From an uncultured Hormoscilla sp. (GTDB taxonomy: Bacteria; Cyanobacteriota; Cyanobacteriia; Cyanobacteriales; Desertifilaceae): a stretch of 64,000 nucleotides of DNA. The stretch spans positions 6,208,001 through 6,272,000 of the forward strand of contig OZ001293.3 of NCBI GenBank assembly GCA_963921275.4, given 5' to 3'. Shown piece by piece: positions 14,223 through 24,202 of this stretch (positions are counted from its first letter, which is position 1; each line of letters opens with the position of its first letter). A program made the position numbers and the translations under genes. The notes under the pieces were generated by a model. It was not told the DNA's origin and ran no database searches. It saw only the letters and a program-made list of their open reading frames with translations.

Positions 14223-14510
14223 ATGGTCTATTCTTTGGCGTCAGAGGCAGTTGACGAAGGAGATTTACGTCAGCTACTGGAAGAAATATATCAAGAACGC
14301 AGTCTCAGCTTTTTCTGTAGCGGTCAAAATATTCCCATGGGCGATCGGGATATCTGGGTGGTCTATCGGGGTGTGGTGCAATTGAATATTCTCTATCTCA
14401 GTGGGGAAGAGGGTTTGCTGGGTTTGGCCGCTGATTATATGCCCTTTGGTCTGCCTCTGACCGCGATCAATGCTTACTACGCAACTACCCTATCAGATAA
14501 CGTCATATAA
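14223..14510 (+). pseudogene. Crp/Fnr-family regulator, N-terminal fragment
   Basis: IWVVYRGVVQL...SGEEGLLGLA...PFGLPLT; ends before any HTH. Confidence 0.6.
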
Positions 14511-14619
14511 TTATTCAGTCTAAGTAGCGTGAGGGCGAGGAAAGACTAAAGTCTTTACTACGAACGGGGGATACGAACGGGGGATAGAAACGGGGGATAG
14601 AAACTTTTCCCGTTCTACT

Positions 14620-15072
14620 CTACCTGCCTAATTTCCAATCTTCCCCATCTGGCAGTTTACTCACTTTCTCCATGATTATACCGCGTATTGTTTGCCTTGA
14701 ATGTTCGTAAGTCAAATTTAGCAGTTGAGTCGCGGCCTGCACTACTGCTGTCTTATCTACCATCTCTTCGAGTTGAAATGGCGTCACTCGCCCATCCAAA
14801 ACTTCCTCACTCGCTATGGCAATTGCATCAAGAAAAGCCATTTCCATGTAGTCATCCCATTCATTTTGCTTAATATAGTAAGAGGTTTTATCCTCTTTCA
14901 GATTTAGACCTTGGATCTTCAGCACCGAATCTCCGATCGAAGCATACCATAAATTATTCATCCTTTCGGAAATTTTGTTTTTAATTAAAAGCACAAGCAT
15001 TCTGACGAGGAAACTCTCGATATTCTGCAAAATGGCTTTCTTACTCATCCCTTCCAGTTCGTCTACTAACAT
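14620..15072 (-). CDS. DUF29 family protein, probably 5'-truncated
   Basis: LVDELEGMSKKAIL...SFLVRML; paralog of 20900-21406 lacking its N-terminus. Confidence 0.7.
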   Translation of the reverse strand: MLVDELEGMSKKAILQNIESFLVRMLVLLIKNKISERMNNLWYASIGDSVLKIQGLNLKEDKTSYYIKQNEWDDYMEMAFLDAIAIASEEVLDGRVTPFQLEEMVDKTAVVQAATQLLNLTYEHSRQTIRGIIMEKVSKLPDGEDWKLGR

Positions 15073-15455
15073 TAATGCCTCATTATACCAGCAATTTGCT
15101 ATAATATCAATACTGCGGTATTAGTGGTATTATTGCCCTTACTCTGTGTATTTATGCTTACTGCCATCGGCCAGCCCCTGAAACCCTCGGTTTTTCGTTG
15201 GCCCGATCGCCTTTTGGGGCCTCTTCGGGAAAACGCCCGACTAGAAGCACAAAATTTTTTTGCTACCTCCATCTGTACGGTTGACAAATTATTTTATTCA
15301 TGTTAGAGCGGTAAATTTATCCGTAAATTGGCTCAAGAACGAATATTAAGAGTATAATATATGGTGCGATTCGTTCTGATGTAAACCAGTAATGGTGAAA
15401 ATCGGGCCTGGTCTTATTTGCCAGGTAACTTTGGTGCCATGAGGGTTAAATTCCC

Positions 15456-16449
15456 GTGCGATGAGTTCCAGCCTAACGTAGTCATATACGGAACTCTGGC
15501 CTAGGAAACTAGGAACTCTGGTAATCATGGGGGTTTAATTCCCCCTCCCCAGGTACAGGGGTAACCGCGTGAGGTGCTGCGAAGTAACATCATCGTGGTG
15601 CCAAGCGAGGACTCAAATGTAGGATAACTGGCAGCCCAAGCCGGTGACTCTGCTAGGAAAGATGTCCATGGCTAGAACAAGCGAACCTATGTAAACCTCG
15701 TTAAACCCAACCAGCGAAATAAGGCTTAATGCGCTGGAACAAAAGTTAATGCAGTTAGTGTTAATTAGGGAATTGGCTAACATTGTACCCAAATAACTGC
15801 CGGGGAAAAGTAGGGGCCTAAAGGCATCGTGAAATGATACCAGGGAACGAAGTAACCTCAGCGAGAGGAACGAAGTAACCCCCGTGGTGCTGTCCTCATT
15901 TGGACAAGTCAGATGTGCGTCCGCGTAGCGTGCGCGCAGCGCATAGCGCATGCCCATGAGGGGAGAGATGGCCCGAGAAGCTAATGCCTAGGCGGTGTCT
16001 GGAGCATGCCTTGGTGTCTGGAGCACACCGAGTCCTTCAGGACAAGAGTGTGCGGAAGACGCCAAAGTCCTTCAGGACAAGAGCATGCGGAAGACGCCGG
16101 TAATGCCTATGGATACGCAGACGCGGGTCGGTGATACTAGTAAACTATTGGTACAAGTAGCTCTAAAATGTCATAAGCCCATTTACAGCGTTAGCGAAAG
16201 CGAGTTGAGGATTGAGGAATGTTTAACTGGTAAAACGGAGTGTTAAATGGTGATACTAAAGGTTATCCGGCAGCTCCACTCACCAACCAGGAAAGGGGCG
16301 GACGTGCAAGTAGTAAGGGACAATGGGAGTAATCCCTAGTAATCCTACCCGTGAAAGGGGCCTAGTACCCAGTAGCCGTGTGCGGTGAAAGTCGCATGCA
16401 CGGTTCCGAAAGGGAGGGTTGTCCCGCGAGGGACAGCTCGACCCCGACT
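15456..16449 (+). mobile_element. Inner ORF-less group II intron type C (994 nt)
   Basis: GTGCG start, intact D5 AGCCGTGTGCGGTGAAAGTCGCATGCACGGTTC, end CCCCGACT; EBS1 GGGAAT (15768-15773) complementary to upstream ATTCCC. Confidence 0.9.
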
Positions 16450-16909
16450 TCCGCCCAGATACGGGGCTGACATCGGTTCTCAGTGCTACGAAGTAACATC
16501 ATCGTGGTGCCAAGCGAGGACTCAAATGTAGGATAGCTAGTAGCCAAACTGGCAACTCCGCGCTTATTAGAGGTTCATGGTTAGAGCAGGCAAATCCCTG
16601 TAAGTATCGTTAATACTAACCGGTGTAATGGCTGACTAACACCGGCCTAAAATAGGAAAGCAGGCAGCGCCTTAGCTTTCATATGTGGCTAAGGACGTAT
16701 CCGAAAGAACTGCCGGTATATAGGGGAGACCTAAAAGCCTCGCGAAATGGCATCAAGGAACGAAGTAACCCCCACGTCGCTGTCCCCAGGGACAAGTTAG
16801 ATGTAAAGCGCAAGTAAGTGTGGGTGGGAGGGATGTCCTAAGAAGCCAACGCCCAGGGTAATGCCTGTGGATATGCAGACGTAGGACGGATATGGTAAGA
16901 AGCCTTGGG

Positions 16910-17850
16910 GTGCGAATCGTTTTGGCGTAAGTCTGAAATATGGCGATCGCCGGGCTGGTTAATACCAGCAACTCTGGTCATCATGGGTTCAATTCCCCTT
17001 CCCCCAGGTACGGGGGTGACCGCGTGAGGTGCTGCGGAGTAACATTACCGTGGTGCCTCCCGAGGACAAATGTAGGATAAGGTCTCAGCCCAGAGACCGA
17101 CGCCGCATGGCTGCGCCACGCTGCGCGATCGGAAAGAGGCTCATGGTTAGAGCAAGCGAATCCCTGTAAGCATCGTCATCTTAAACAAGCGAAAAGAGGC
17201 TGACACGCTTGGTGCAAAATGCGCACGCAGTCCGCGTATCAGTGGTTGCACGTCACTGATATCGTACCCGAAATGACTGCCGGTGTATAGGGGAGACCTA
17301 AAAGCCTCGTGAAATGATACCAGGGAACGTTCCGGACAAGAGCGGTGCTGTCCAGATGGACAAGTCAGATGTGCGTCCGCGTAGCGTGCGCGCAGCGCCT
17401 AGCGCATGCCCGCGTGGGGAGGGAGGTCCTAAGAAGCTAATGCCCGGGGTAATGCCTGTGGATATGCAGACGTAGGACGGATATGGTAAAAAGCTCTAGG
17501 AGATAGTAGCCCTCTAAACGTGCTTAACCAGTGGCAACACTAGGTAGTAATGATGGACTGAAATCCTAACCGGGTAAAAAATTTAGAGGCCCCATACGGG
17601 CACCTGTTAGTAAAGAACGGTCATAGTGGTTTTCTAGTTCTCCCCCGTAAACCTTCCGGAGTTAGGTACTCAACTAGTTCATGACTGACCATAAAGGGGC
17701 TATATTTCATAGGGCAAGGGACAACGGGAGTAATCCCTAGTAATCCTACCCGTGACAAGGGTTTACCAACCAGTAGCCGTGTGCGGTGAAAGTCGCTCTT
17801 CAGGTTCCGAATGGGAGGATTGTCCCGCGAGGGACAGCTCGACCCCGACC
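16910..17850 (+). mobile_element. Inner ORF-less group II intron type E (941 nt)
   Basis: GTGCG start, colinear with the other introns, D5/D6 at 17773-17850, end CCCCGACC. Confidence 0.87.
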
Positions 17851-18561
17851 AGAAACTAGCCTTAAAAAGTCATAGACTAAGGAGCAATCCTAAAGGATGA
17901 ATGATGGACTAAAATCCTAGCCGGGTAAAAACTCAGAACCCCGAGTAAAAAGTAAATGGGGACCATGTTAGCAAAGAGCGGCTAGTGCGGTTTGCTGGTT
18001 CTCCTCCGCGAACCTTCCGGAGCTAGGTACTAAAACGGTCTGTTGGCTAACCACAAAGGGGCAAAATCTCATGGGGCAAGGGACAACGGGGGTAACCCCT
18101 AGTAATCCTGCTGATGACAAGAGCTTACCAACCAGTAGCCGTGTGCGGTGAAAGTCGCTCTTCAGGTTCCGAAAGGGAGGGTTGGGAAGTGATTCCCAGC
18201 TCGACCCCGACCACAAAGCCTGCGAAAAAGACCAACTTTCTCTCCTCTGAGGGAAGCGCGATCGCCCAGCACAAACCCGATCGCCCCACGGGAGAAGAAA
18301 CCGGGTTTCTACTAAATTTTTATCGTCCCGAGAGGGTGTAAAAGAAACCCGGTTTCTAGCAGACACGCGATCGCCTCAAGCAAGCACCGGTGCAAACCAG
18401 CGGTTTCTGGGCGGAAAAAAATTTCCCAAAAGGGTTGACAATGGAATTCGCAGCCATTAAGATGGTAAAAAAGCGGTCGCAGGATTGCCGTACCTGGAAA
18501 ACTTCATATACGGTACTGCGCGAGCGCAGTTTAATGACACTTTTCACACCGAGGTCCCTGT

Positions 18562-18781
18562 GGAAACCATCGAATTCAAGACTATCCTCCAAAGCGGATC
18601 CGTAACCATTCCCCCCGAATATTCTGCCCAGTGGGAAGGCAAAAATATCCGTGTTATCCTATTGGATGATGAGGGAAACTTAGCCCTACCCATGGAACAA
18701 CCCCCAACACCGTCATTTAAGACCATTTCCCTCTATACACGGGAGTTTAAATTTAACCGAGACTCAGCTAATGCCCGCTAA
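18562..18781 (+). CDS. Putative antitoxin upstream of a PIN gene (start approximate)
   Basis: IEFKTILQSGSVTIP...FKFNRDSANAR; overlaps the PIN start. Confidence 0.55.
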
Positions 18782-19174
18782 GATTTTCCTCGACACTAAC
18801 ATCATTATCTGCTGCTATTCCCAAGATGGGCCAAATAAACAAGAACGCGCTCTAGCATGCGTTTGATCGGGGACAGGATTAGCACTCAAGTCCTGAATAA
18901 AACAGTCAACACCTTGAGACGGAAGTTTTTACTGAAATATGCTCAGATAGGTGCGGTTGTCGATGAGCTAAAGCAACAGCTTAAAGTCGCAACTGTCTCA
19001 ATAAACACGATTCAGCGCGCCTTAGAGATCTCCGAACGATATAAATATAGTTACTTCGACAGCCTCATTATTGCCAGTTCTTTGGAAGTTGGTTGCGATA
19101 TCCTCTACAGCGAGGACCTACAGGATGGACAAAACATTGATAGCCAACTTACTGTTATTAACCCCTTCCTCTGA
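18771..19174 (+). pseudogene. PIN-domain (VapC-like) toxin, frameshifted
   Basis: MPAKIFLDTNII in one frame; ISTQVL...YSYFDSLIIASSLEVGCDILYSEDLQDG in another. Confidence 0.8.
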
Positions 19175-19473
19175 AACCTAATGAAATCTCAACAAAAATC
19201 TATGCACGAGGAAGCGCAGAGAAGCGATCGCCCCTAGGGGACTGGCGCAGGATCGGGAGAGAGGCGAAGTCCGAAAGGTACTGTCACTTTTATCTCTATA
19301 ATACTCATTTGCCTGCTGCCCTTTGCTGTTGATTACCTTTATTACACAAAAATCCAGATTCTCAAACGAGTATGGTTGTCAAGGTTCGGGTCTTGGTTGG
19401 TGGGATGCTTATAGATTCATTGTATCCCGTCCCCCGTGAGTAGGAGTGAATGGTCTCATCCCTACCCTAAATT

Positions 19474-20584
19474 TTATTGAGCAAACTCCTTTTTCAGATG
19501 TAAAGCAATGCTGGTGGTTTCTGCCTTGTTTCGTCCCGTGGTTTGAATGCACAACCCATAACCAGCATCCGTCCATGTTAGCACGAATTCCACAATTCCG
19601 TCATCTTTAATCCGCCGAATGGCATTCTTCTGTTGGGAATTAAATGGCAGAGAGTCGATCGCTCCCCTCACGTAGGCAGATCCACATAGCTTCTTGGCAA
19701 ATTACTCTAGTTTGTCCTTCCCACGATCGTCTCTGAGTTTGATCTGTTTCTGTTTAGCAGGACTGTCATTCTCAGGAATTATGGACATAATTGCCCTTTC
19801 CTGCTTGGCGAATTGTAGGCGCGATCCCTCATTAAACAGCACCCCCATTGCGGACAGACTCACCAGGGGGATATCGTCTACAACTTCTTCATCAATTAGA
19901 GAGGACCAATATTTATTGTCCGGAGACTCTTCCAGTTCGGACTTTTCCAGAGTTTGTCCGCTTTCGAGTTATTCAAACCAAGAGTAATTATGCAACCAAA
20001 ATCCCAGAGCCAGCGCCACCGGTTGGAGTGGCAATTCAATCACCTCGGAGAACTTCTCAAATAAATAGTATACGGGAATTTTCAGCGCTTGTCCGATCGT
20101 CCCGGCAAAAGATATTTGTGCTTTATAACCCCCGTAGCATTAATTGCTATTGCTTCGGGACCAAAATTCCTCACTTCGGTACCGATCTCACGGACGAGAT
20201 TTTTCAATCCTGTTGCTTAAAGTCTTTGACGCTATCATCTCGCAACCCCGACAATACTCGCATTTCCACCCGATCGAACCCCAGGGGGTTGCGGTTATTT
20301 TCGTAATACAGTTTCAGCAATGCGCCTGTTTTCTTCCCATCTTCCGTATCGGATACCAAAAAGATTAAACGCAGTCGGTTAGCAAGGAATCCCTTTTCGC
20401 AGATCCGCGCAATGGAGTTAATTTCCGCACCGCACAAGCGGTCCGTGTTCGGTTTATCCAGCAGCAGCAAAGACAGTTGATTCCAGTTTTCCCCTTCCCA
20501 TGCTTGCTTGATGGGGTCTTCCTCATTCCTTTTCAGGTTATTCAACAGACTCGTGCCGACGGTACAGATCAGAGTGCTTCTCAT
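19474..20584 (-). pseudogene. CRISPR-associated CARF protein of the APE2256/SSO1393 family, disrupted
   Basis: ICTVGTSLL, AEINSI, SDT..G, then (shifted) INATGGYKAQIS, PVYYLFEKF, C-terminal TTGRNKAET; two 1-bp losses in G runs and an in-frame TAA. Confidence 0.8.
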
Positions 20585-20605
20585 GATTCTCTCCTTTCAA
20601 ATATG

Positions 20606-20701
20606 TCATTGCGAGGGGGTCTGACAGGGAGTAGAGGACGCGATCGTAACCGAACTGACCCCCGAAGCAATCTCACCACCTATCATACAGGAGATTGCTT
20701 C
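20606..20701. repeat. Palindromic element GTCATTGCGAGG...CGAAGCAATCTC...GAGATTGCTTC
   Basis: Same termini at 21560-21804 and a partial inverse copy near 26500. Confidence 0.7.
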
Positions 20702-20899
20702 TGAGGGTCATCGGGTATTGCAGTTTTTCCCATCCCTCCTGCCAAATGGGAACCTTTCATAACCGTATTAATATACTAGCAGCGGGTGGAAGACCCCTTT
20801 TCCTATTCCTCGTTCCTCCTTCTCAGCGTCCCCGCTGGGAAGGAGAGATATTTCACTTACTGTCGGGTAAGCAATTGATAAATGGCAATTCCAAGAGTT

Positions 20900-21406
20900 T
20901 CAAATCCAATCTTCACCACCAGGTAACTGAGTGAATTCCGAATCTATGACATCCCGTAAGCTATCATCGGAATGAGAATAAGTCAAACTTATTAGTTGGT
21001 TAGCGGCGTTCATAATCTGAGTTTTGTCCACAATTTCTCGGAGTTGACGTGGTTTATATACGCCATTAGCTACTTCCACGCTGGCCTCATAAATAGCATC
21101 CTTAAAAGCCCTTTCCAGATTATCTGTCCATGCCTCTTGCTTGATGTAGTAAGATGTTTTATTATCTTTGAGATTCAGACCTTGAATCTTCAGCAGCGAA
21201 TCTCGAATTGAAGCCGCCCAATAATTTGTGAGACGCTGTTCAACTTGATTTTTTATCAAGTGAATCAGCATTCTGACGAGAAAACTATATATCTTTTGCA
21301 AAATAGCTTTTTTACTCATCTCTTCCAGTTCGTCTACTAACATTAATGCCTTGTCATAGCGACCTGATAGGATGGAAGTTCTGATCTTTGCGAGTTCTTG
21401 AGTCAT
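20900..21406 (-). CDS. DUF29 family protein
   Basis: MTQEL...LVDELEEMSKKAIL...SFLVRMLIHLIKNQVEQRLTNYWAASI. Confidence 0.82.
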   Translation of the reverse strand: MTQELAKIRTSILSGRYDKALMLVDELEEMSKKAILQKIYSFLVRMLIHLIKNQVEQRLTNYWAASIRDSLLKIQGLNLKDNKTSYYIKQEAWTDNLERAFKDAIYEASVEVANGVYKPRQLREIVDKTQIMNAANQLISLTYSHSDDSLRDVIDSEFTQLPGGEDWI

Positions 21407-21966
21407 AGCTGTCTCCCTCCGCGACTTTAATAAAATAGTCTTGCTGTCAATGCAGTGAACCTTGATTGGTTTACAAAATATAGCATTAAAATGCTCAGAT
21501 GTCAACTTTTTTCTGTAGCAGAGCCCTATTCAATACTTCTTGGTTAAGCATCTTATTTGTCATTGCGAGGGGGGGGGTACGTAGCGATTAACTTATGCTT
21601 TACGAGTTAACCCCCCCCGAAGCAATCTCCCCGCCCCATATGAGATGAAGAACACTCCGGCGTCGTTCGCTGTATCCTGGTCGCTCGATGTCTTCTGGGA
21701 GCGCTAGTCGCACTACCCAGAAGACATCGTACTCGCACTACTCAGGATACAGCGCGGTGAGATTGCTAGCCCTCCGGAGCTTGTTGCGAGGCACGAAGCA
21801 ATCTGCCGCTGCGCTTTTACGAAGTGCGCGTAGCGCTACGGGGGGGGATCCAGGCGGGGCTCAACACTGCCGTTGGTTTGGGAGCCCCCCTCGCTCCGGA
21901 CAAGTTATTAACCGAGAAGTATTGGGGCCCTATTCCCTCACCCCCAAAAAAATTTTACAGAAATAC

Positions 21967-21996
21967 TTGACAGTTAAAGGCGATCGATGCTAGATT
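21967..21996 (+). promoter_or_regulatory. Putative tRNA promoter TTGACA-18-TAGATT
   Basis: Consensus -35 and near-consensus -10 directly upstream of the tRNA. Confidence 0.6.
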
Positions 21997-22006
21997 ATAA
22001 ATAGCT

Positions 22007-22087
22007 GCGGATGTGGCGGAATTGGTAGACGCGCTAGACTTAGGTTCTAGTGTCTTTGACGTGAAGGTTCAAGTCCTTTCATCCGCA
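22007..22087 (+). tRNA. trnL: tRNA-Leu, anticodon TAG
   Basis: Acceptor GCGGATG/CATCCGC, D-loop TTGGTAGAC, anticodon arm CTAGA-CTTAGGT-TCTAG, long variable arm, GGTTCAAGTCC; no encoded CCA. Confidence 0.96.
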
Positions 22088-22090
22088 CTC

Positions 22091-22116
22091 GATCGAGCGC
22101 GAGGACACGCTCGATC
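22091..22116 (+). terminator. Hairpin after tRNA, possible terminator
   Basis: GATCGAGCG...CGCTCGATC inverted repeat. Confidence 0.45.
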
Positions 22117-22277
22117 AATCGCTTTTGAGACTCTGCGTTCCCGTGATTCCCAGGAGGCAGAGCCTCTTGTGGACGTTCCCTGCCGGAGTCAGGGAACGAG
22201 GGAAGCGTTTACTACGAACGGGCGGGCAAAGATTAAAGTCTTTACTACGAACGGGCGGGCAAAGACTAAAGTCTTTA

Positions 22278-22952
22278 CTAGGAACGGGGAGAACTGCTGA
22301 GGATTTCGTCGAGTTGGCTAATGCGCAATCTCATTTGCGCTAGTTCCCGATCGAATGCTGCTCGACTCAGCAACCGCCCTTCCAGATAGCAGGTTTTTCC
22401 TTGACTCCAGTCCGTGCTACAGTCGGCTTTTGCTGCTAGAGATTTCATATGTGCTAGGCGTTGAGCTAGATCCCTACGTTCATTTTCTAATTCAAGTCGC
22501 TTTTGCGCGGCTATTTCTAGTTCAGCACTAATTTGGCTCAATTCTGGATCCCATGTTGCTGGCGGTGGCTCGATCGCCCTTCTGATGGCGGGGACAACTG
22601 ATACTAATGCGATCGCTGCACCGGACAGCAGGGATGAAAGGAAAGCTACTTTTATTCCCCGGCGTAGCAGATGTTTTTTACGGGCCCTTTCTAACTCTTC
22701 TTCGAGAGTCAGGCCCGGTTGACCGTTGCTTTTGCTGCGGAATAGCAATGTCCCGCTGTAGGGATCTGCTTCGATCGCGTCTCTCATCTGTTCCGAGTGC
22801 AGCAGGCGATCGCACTCTGTCTTTGATAGCCCTAGCTGGGATGCGATCGCGATCGCCGAGAGTCCCTCGGGATAACCGGATAGTAGGGTATGCAGGGCTT
22901 CGCGATAAGGATGGATGTTATCAGCAGCGGTCTTTTTTCTCAACATAAGCAT
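22278..22952 (-). CDS. Hypothetical membrane protein (HTH-like N-terminus, TM helix, coiled coil)
   Basis: GLSAIAIASQLGLS, hydrophobic stretch, heptad-rich C-terminus. Confidence 0.7.
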   Translation of the reverse strand: MLMLRKKTAADNIHPYREALHTLLSGYPEGLSAIAIASQLGLSKTECDRLLHSEQMRDAIEADPYSGTLLFRSKSNGQPGLTLEEELERARKKHLLRRGIKVAFLSSLLSGAAIALVSVVPAIRRAIEPPPATWDPELSQISAELEIAAQKRLELENERRDLAQRLAHMKSLAAKADCSTDWSQGKTCYLEGRLLSRAAFDRELAQMRLRISQLDEILSSSPRS

Positions 22953-22958
22953 TATCAG

Positions 22959-23342
22959 TTATCTCCTCCCCATAATTTCGTCAAAGATGGTCTGCTCTAA
23001 CTTAGCAACATTCTGTGCTTCCGGCGGTGTAATGTTTTCTTGGAGAATCAACTTTGTGGAAGCGATGATTTTGTCTACTTGAGCTTGCTCTTCCGGCGAC
23101 GCCACCGTACTGAGTTCTAGTTTTTTCTCCAGCTTCCAGACGTTTTGCTCTAACTCGCTAATCTGAGCGTCAATTTTGGCGAGTTTAGGTTCAAGCCAAT
23201 TAACAGAATGCCGTAAAATGGCTGTCCGTTCGAGCAGGCTGATTTCTTCCCTGTATCTTTCCCGGTTCCTCAGCAAGTCTTGATGACTGTCTAGTCCCAG
23301 TCTTGGCAATCTTTGCCGAATATCATTATAGTACTGTAACAA
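22959..23342 (-). pseudogene. Coiled-coil hypothetical protein, probably 5'-truncated
   Basis: TTG start abuts an inverted gene remnant at 23343. Confidence 0.5.
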
Positions 23343-23775
23343 GGACTGGAATCAAGGGAATACCTGTTATCTGGAAGGGCGGTTGCTCAGTCGAGCACAG
23401 TTCGATCGGGAACTAGCCCGAATGAAATTAATGATTAGACAAATCAAGTAATAAATCCTCAGTTTGCGATCTCGATCTCTCGTTCCCTGACTCCGGCAGG
23501 GAACGTCCGGGAGAGGCAGAGCCTCCGGGAGAAGAATGCCGCGAGGCAGAGCCTCCGATCGTCGTTGCTAGCTAGAAACTAGCAACGAGAAAATGCATTA
23601 TTCCCCGTGATTCCCAGGAGGCTTCGCCTCAAGGTGGACGTTAAGAGTCGGAGTCAGGGAACGAGAAAATATCAAATCTCTGCGATCGGGGGGTACTTTT
23701 CGTGTTCCAATAGCTGAGAGGCTCTCAAAGTAAGGGTTTGACGGCGATATCTAGACTGAAATTTGGAGATTCCCA

Positions 23776-24063
23776 ATGAAAACACTGCCCCCTAATGTAA
23801 CAGCCTACCGAGAAACTCCTGTTTTTACGCAAGAGACTATTCCCAAAGGACTGCTCGATCGCCACACTACAAAAGAGGGGAGTTGGGGCAAAATTTGTGT
23901 CATATCTGGCCAACTTTGCTATCGAATCCTCACAGATCCCCCTGAAGAACATGTGCTAACACCTGATTCACCAGGTATTGTTGAGCCCCAGACACCACAT
24001 CAAGTCGAACCTTTCGGCTCGGTGGAATTTTATGTAGAGTTCCATCGCGAAGCGGAAAGCTAA
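23776..24063 (+). CDS. DUF1971 (YeaR/TehB N-terminal-like cupin) protein
   Basis: TPVFTQETIPKGLLDRHTTKEGSWGKI...EPQTPHQV. Confidence 0.85.
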   Translation: MKTLPPNVTAYRETPVFTQETIPKGLLDRHTTKEGSWGKICVISGQLCYRILTDPPEEHVLTPDSPGIVEPQTPHQVEPFGSVEFYVEFHREAES

Positions 24064-24202
24064 CGTTCCTCCGAGAGTAGCTTCGCCCTGGCGAGATTGA
24101 GATGCACTCCACCATCTTTGCTTCAAGATAGTGATTCATGGAAGTCAAATGCATTATTAATTTTCTAACTCATCAATTAATGCTTGAACTTGCGATCGCA
24201 TT

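Larger units (their letters stand above)
15364..18212 (+). mobile_element. Outer ORF-less group II intron type D (segments 15364-15455, 16450-16909, 17851-18212; 914 nt)
   Basis: GTGCG start; segments rejoin into a sequence colinear with the other introns; D5/D6 at 18135-18212; EBS1 CATATG (16680-16685) pairs with exon end TATATG. Confidence 0.88.

Noticed and set aside
15915..15950. Extra GTGCG as a fourth nested intron start (also at 17371)
   Set aside because: Part of a short GC-rich insert; no matching extra D5/D6.
15346..18366. Short ORFs across the intron nest, and those at 10480-10671, 11481-11741 and 45782-46117
   Set aside because: They are translations of intron RNA, mostly antisense to D5/D6; no RT motifs such as YADD.
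22013..22343. ORFs overlapping tRNA-Leu
   Set aside because: Spurious translations of the tRNA and downstream repeats.
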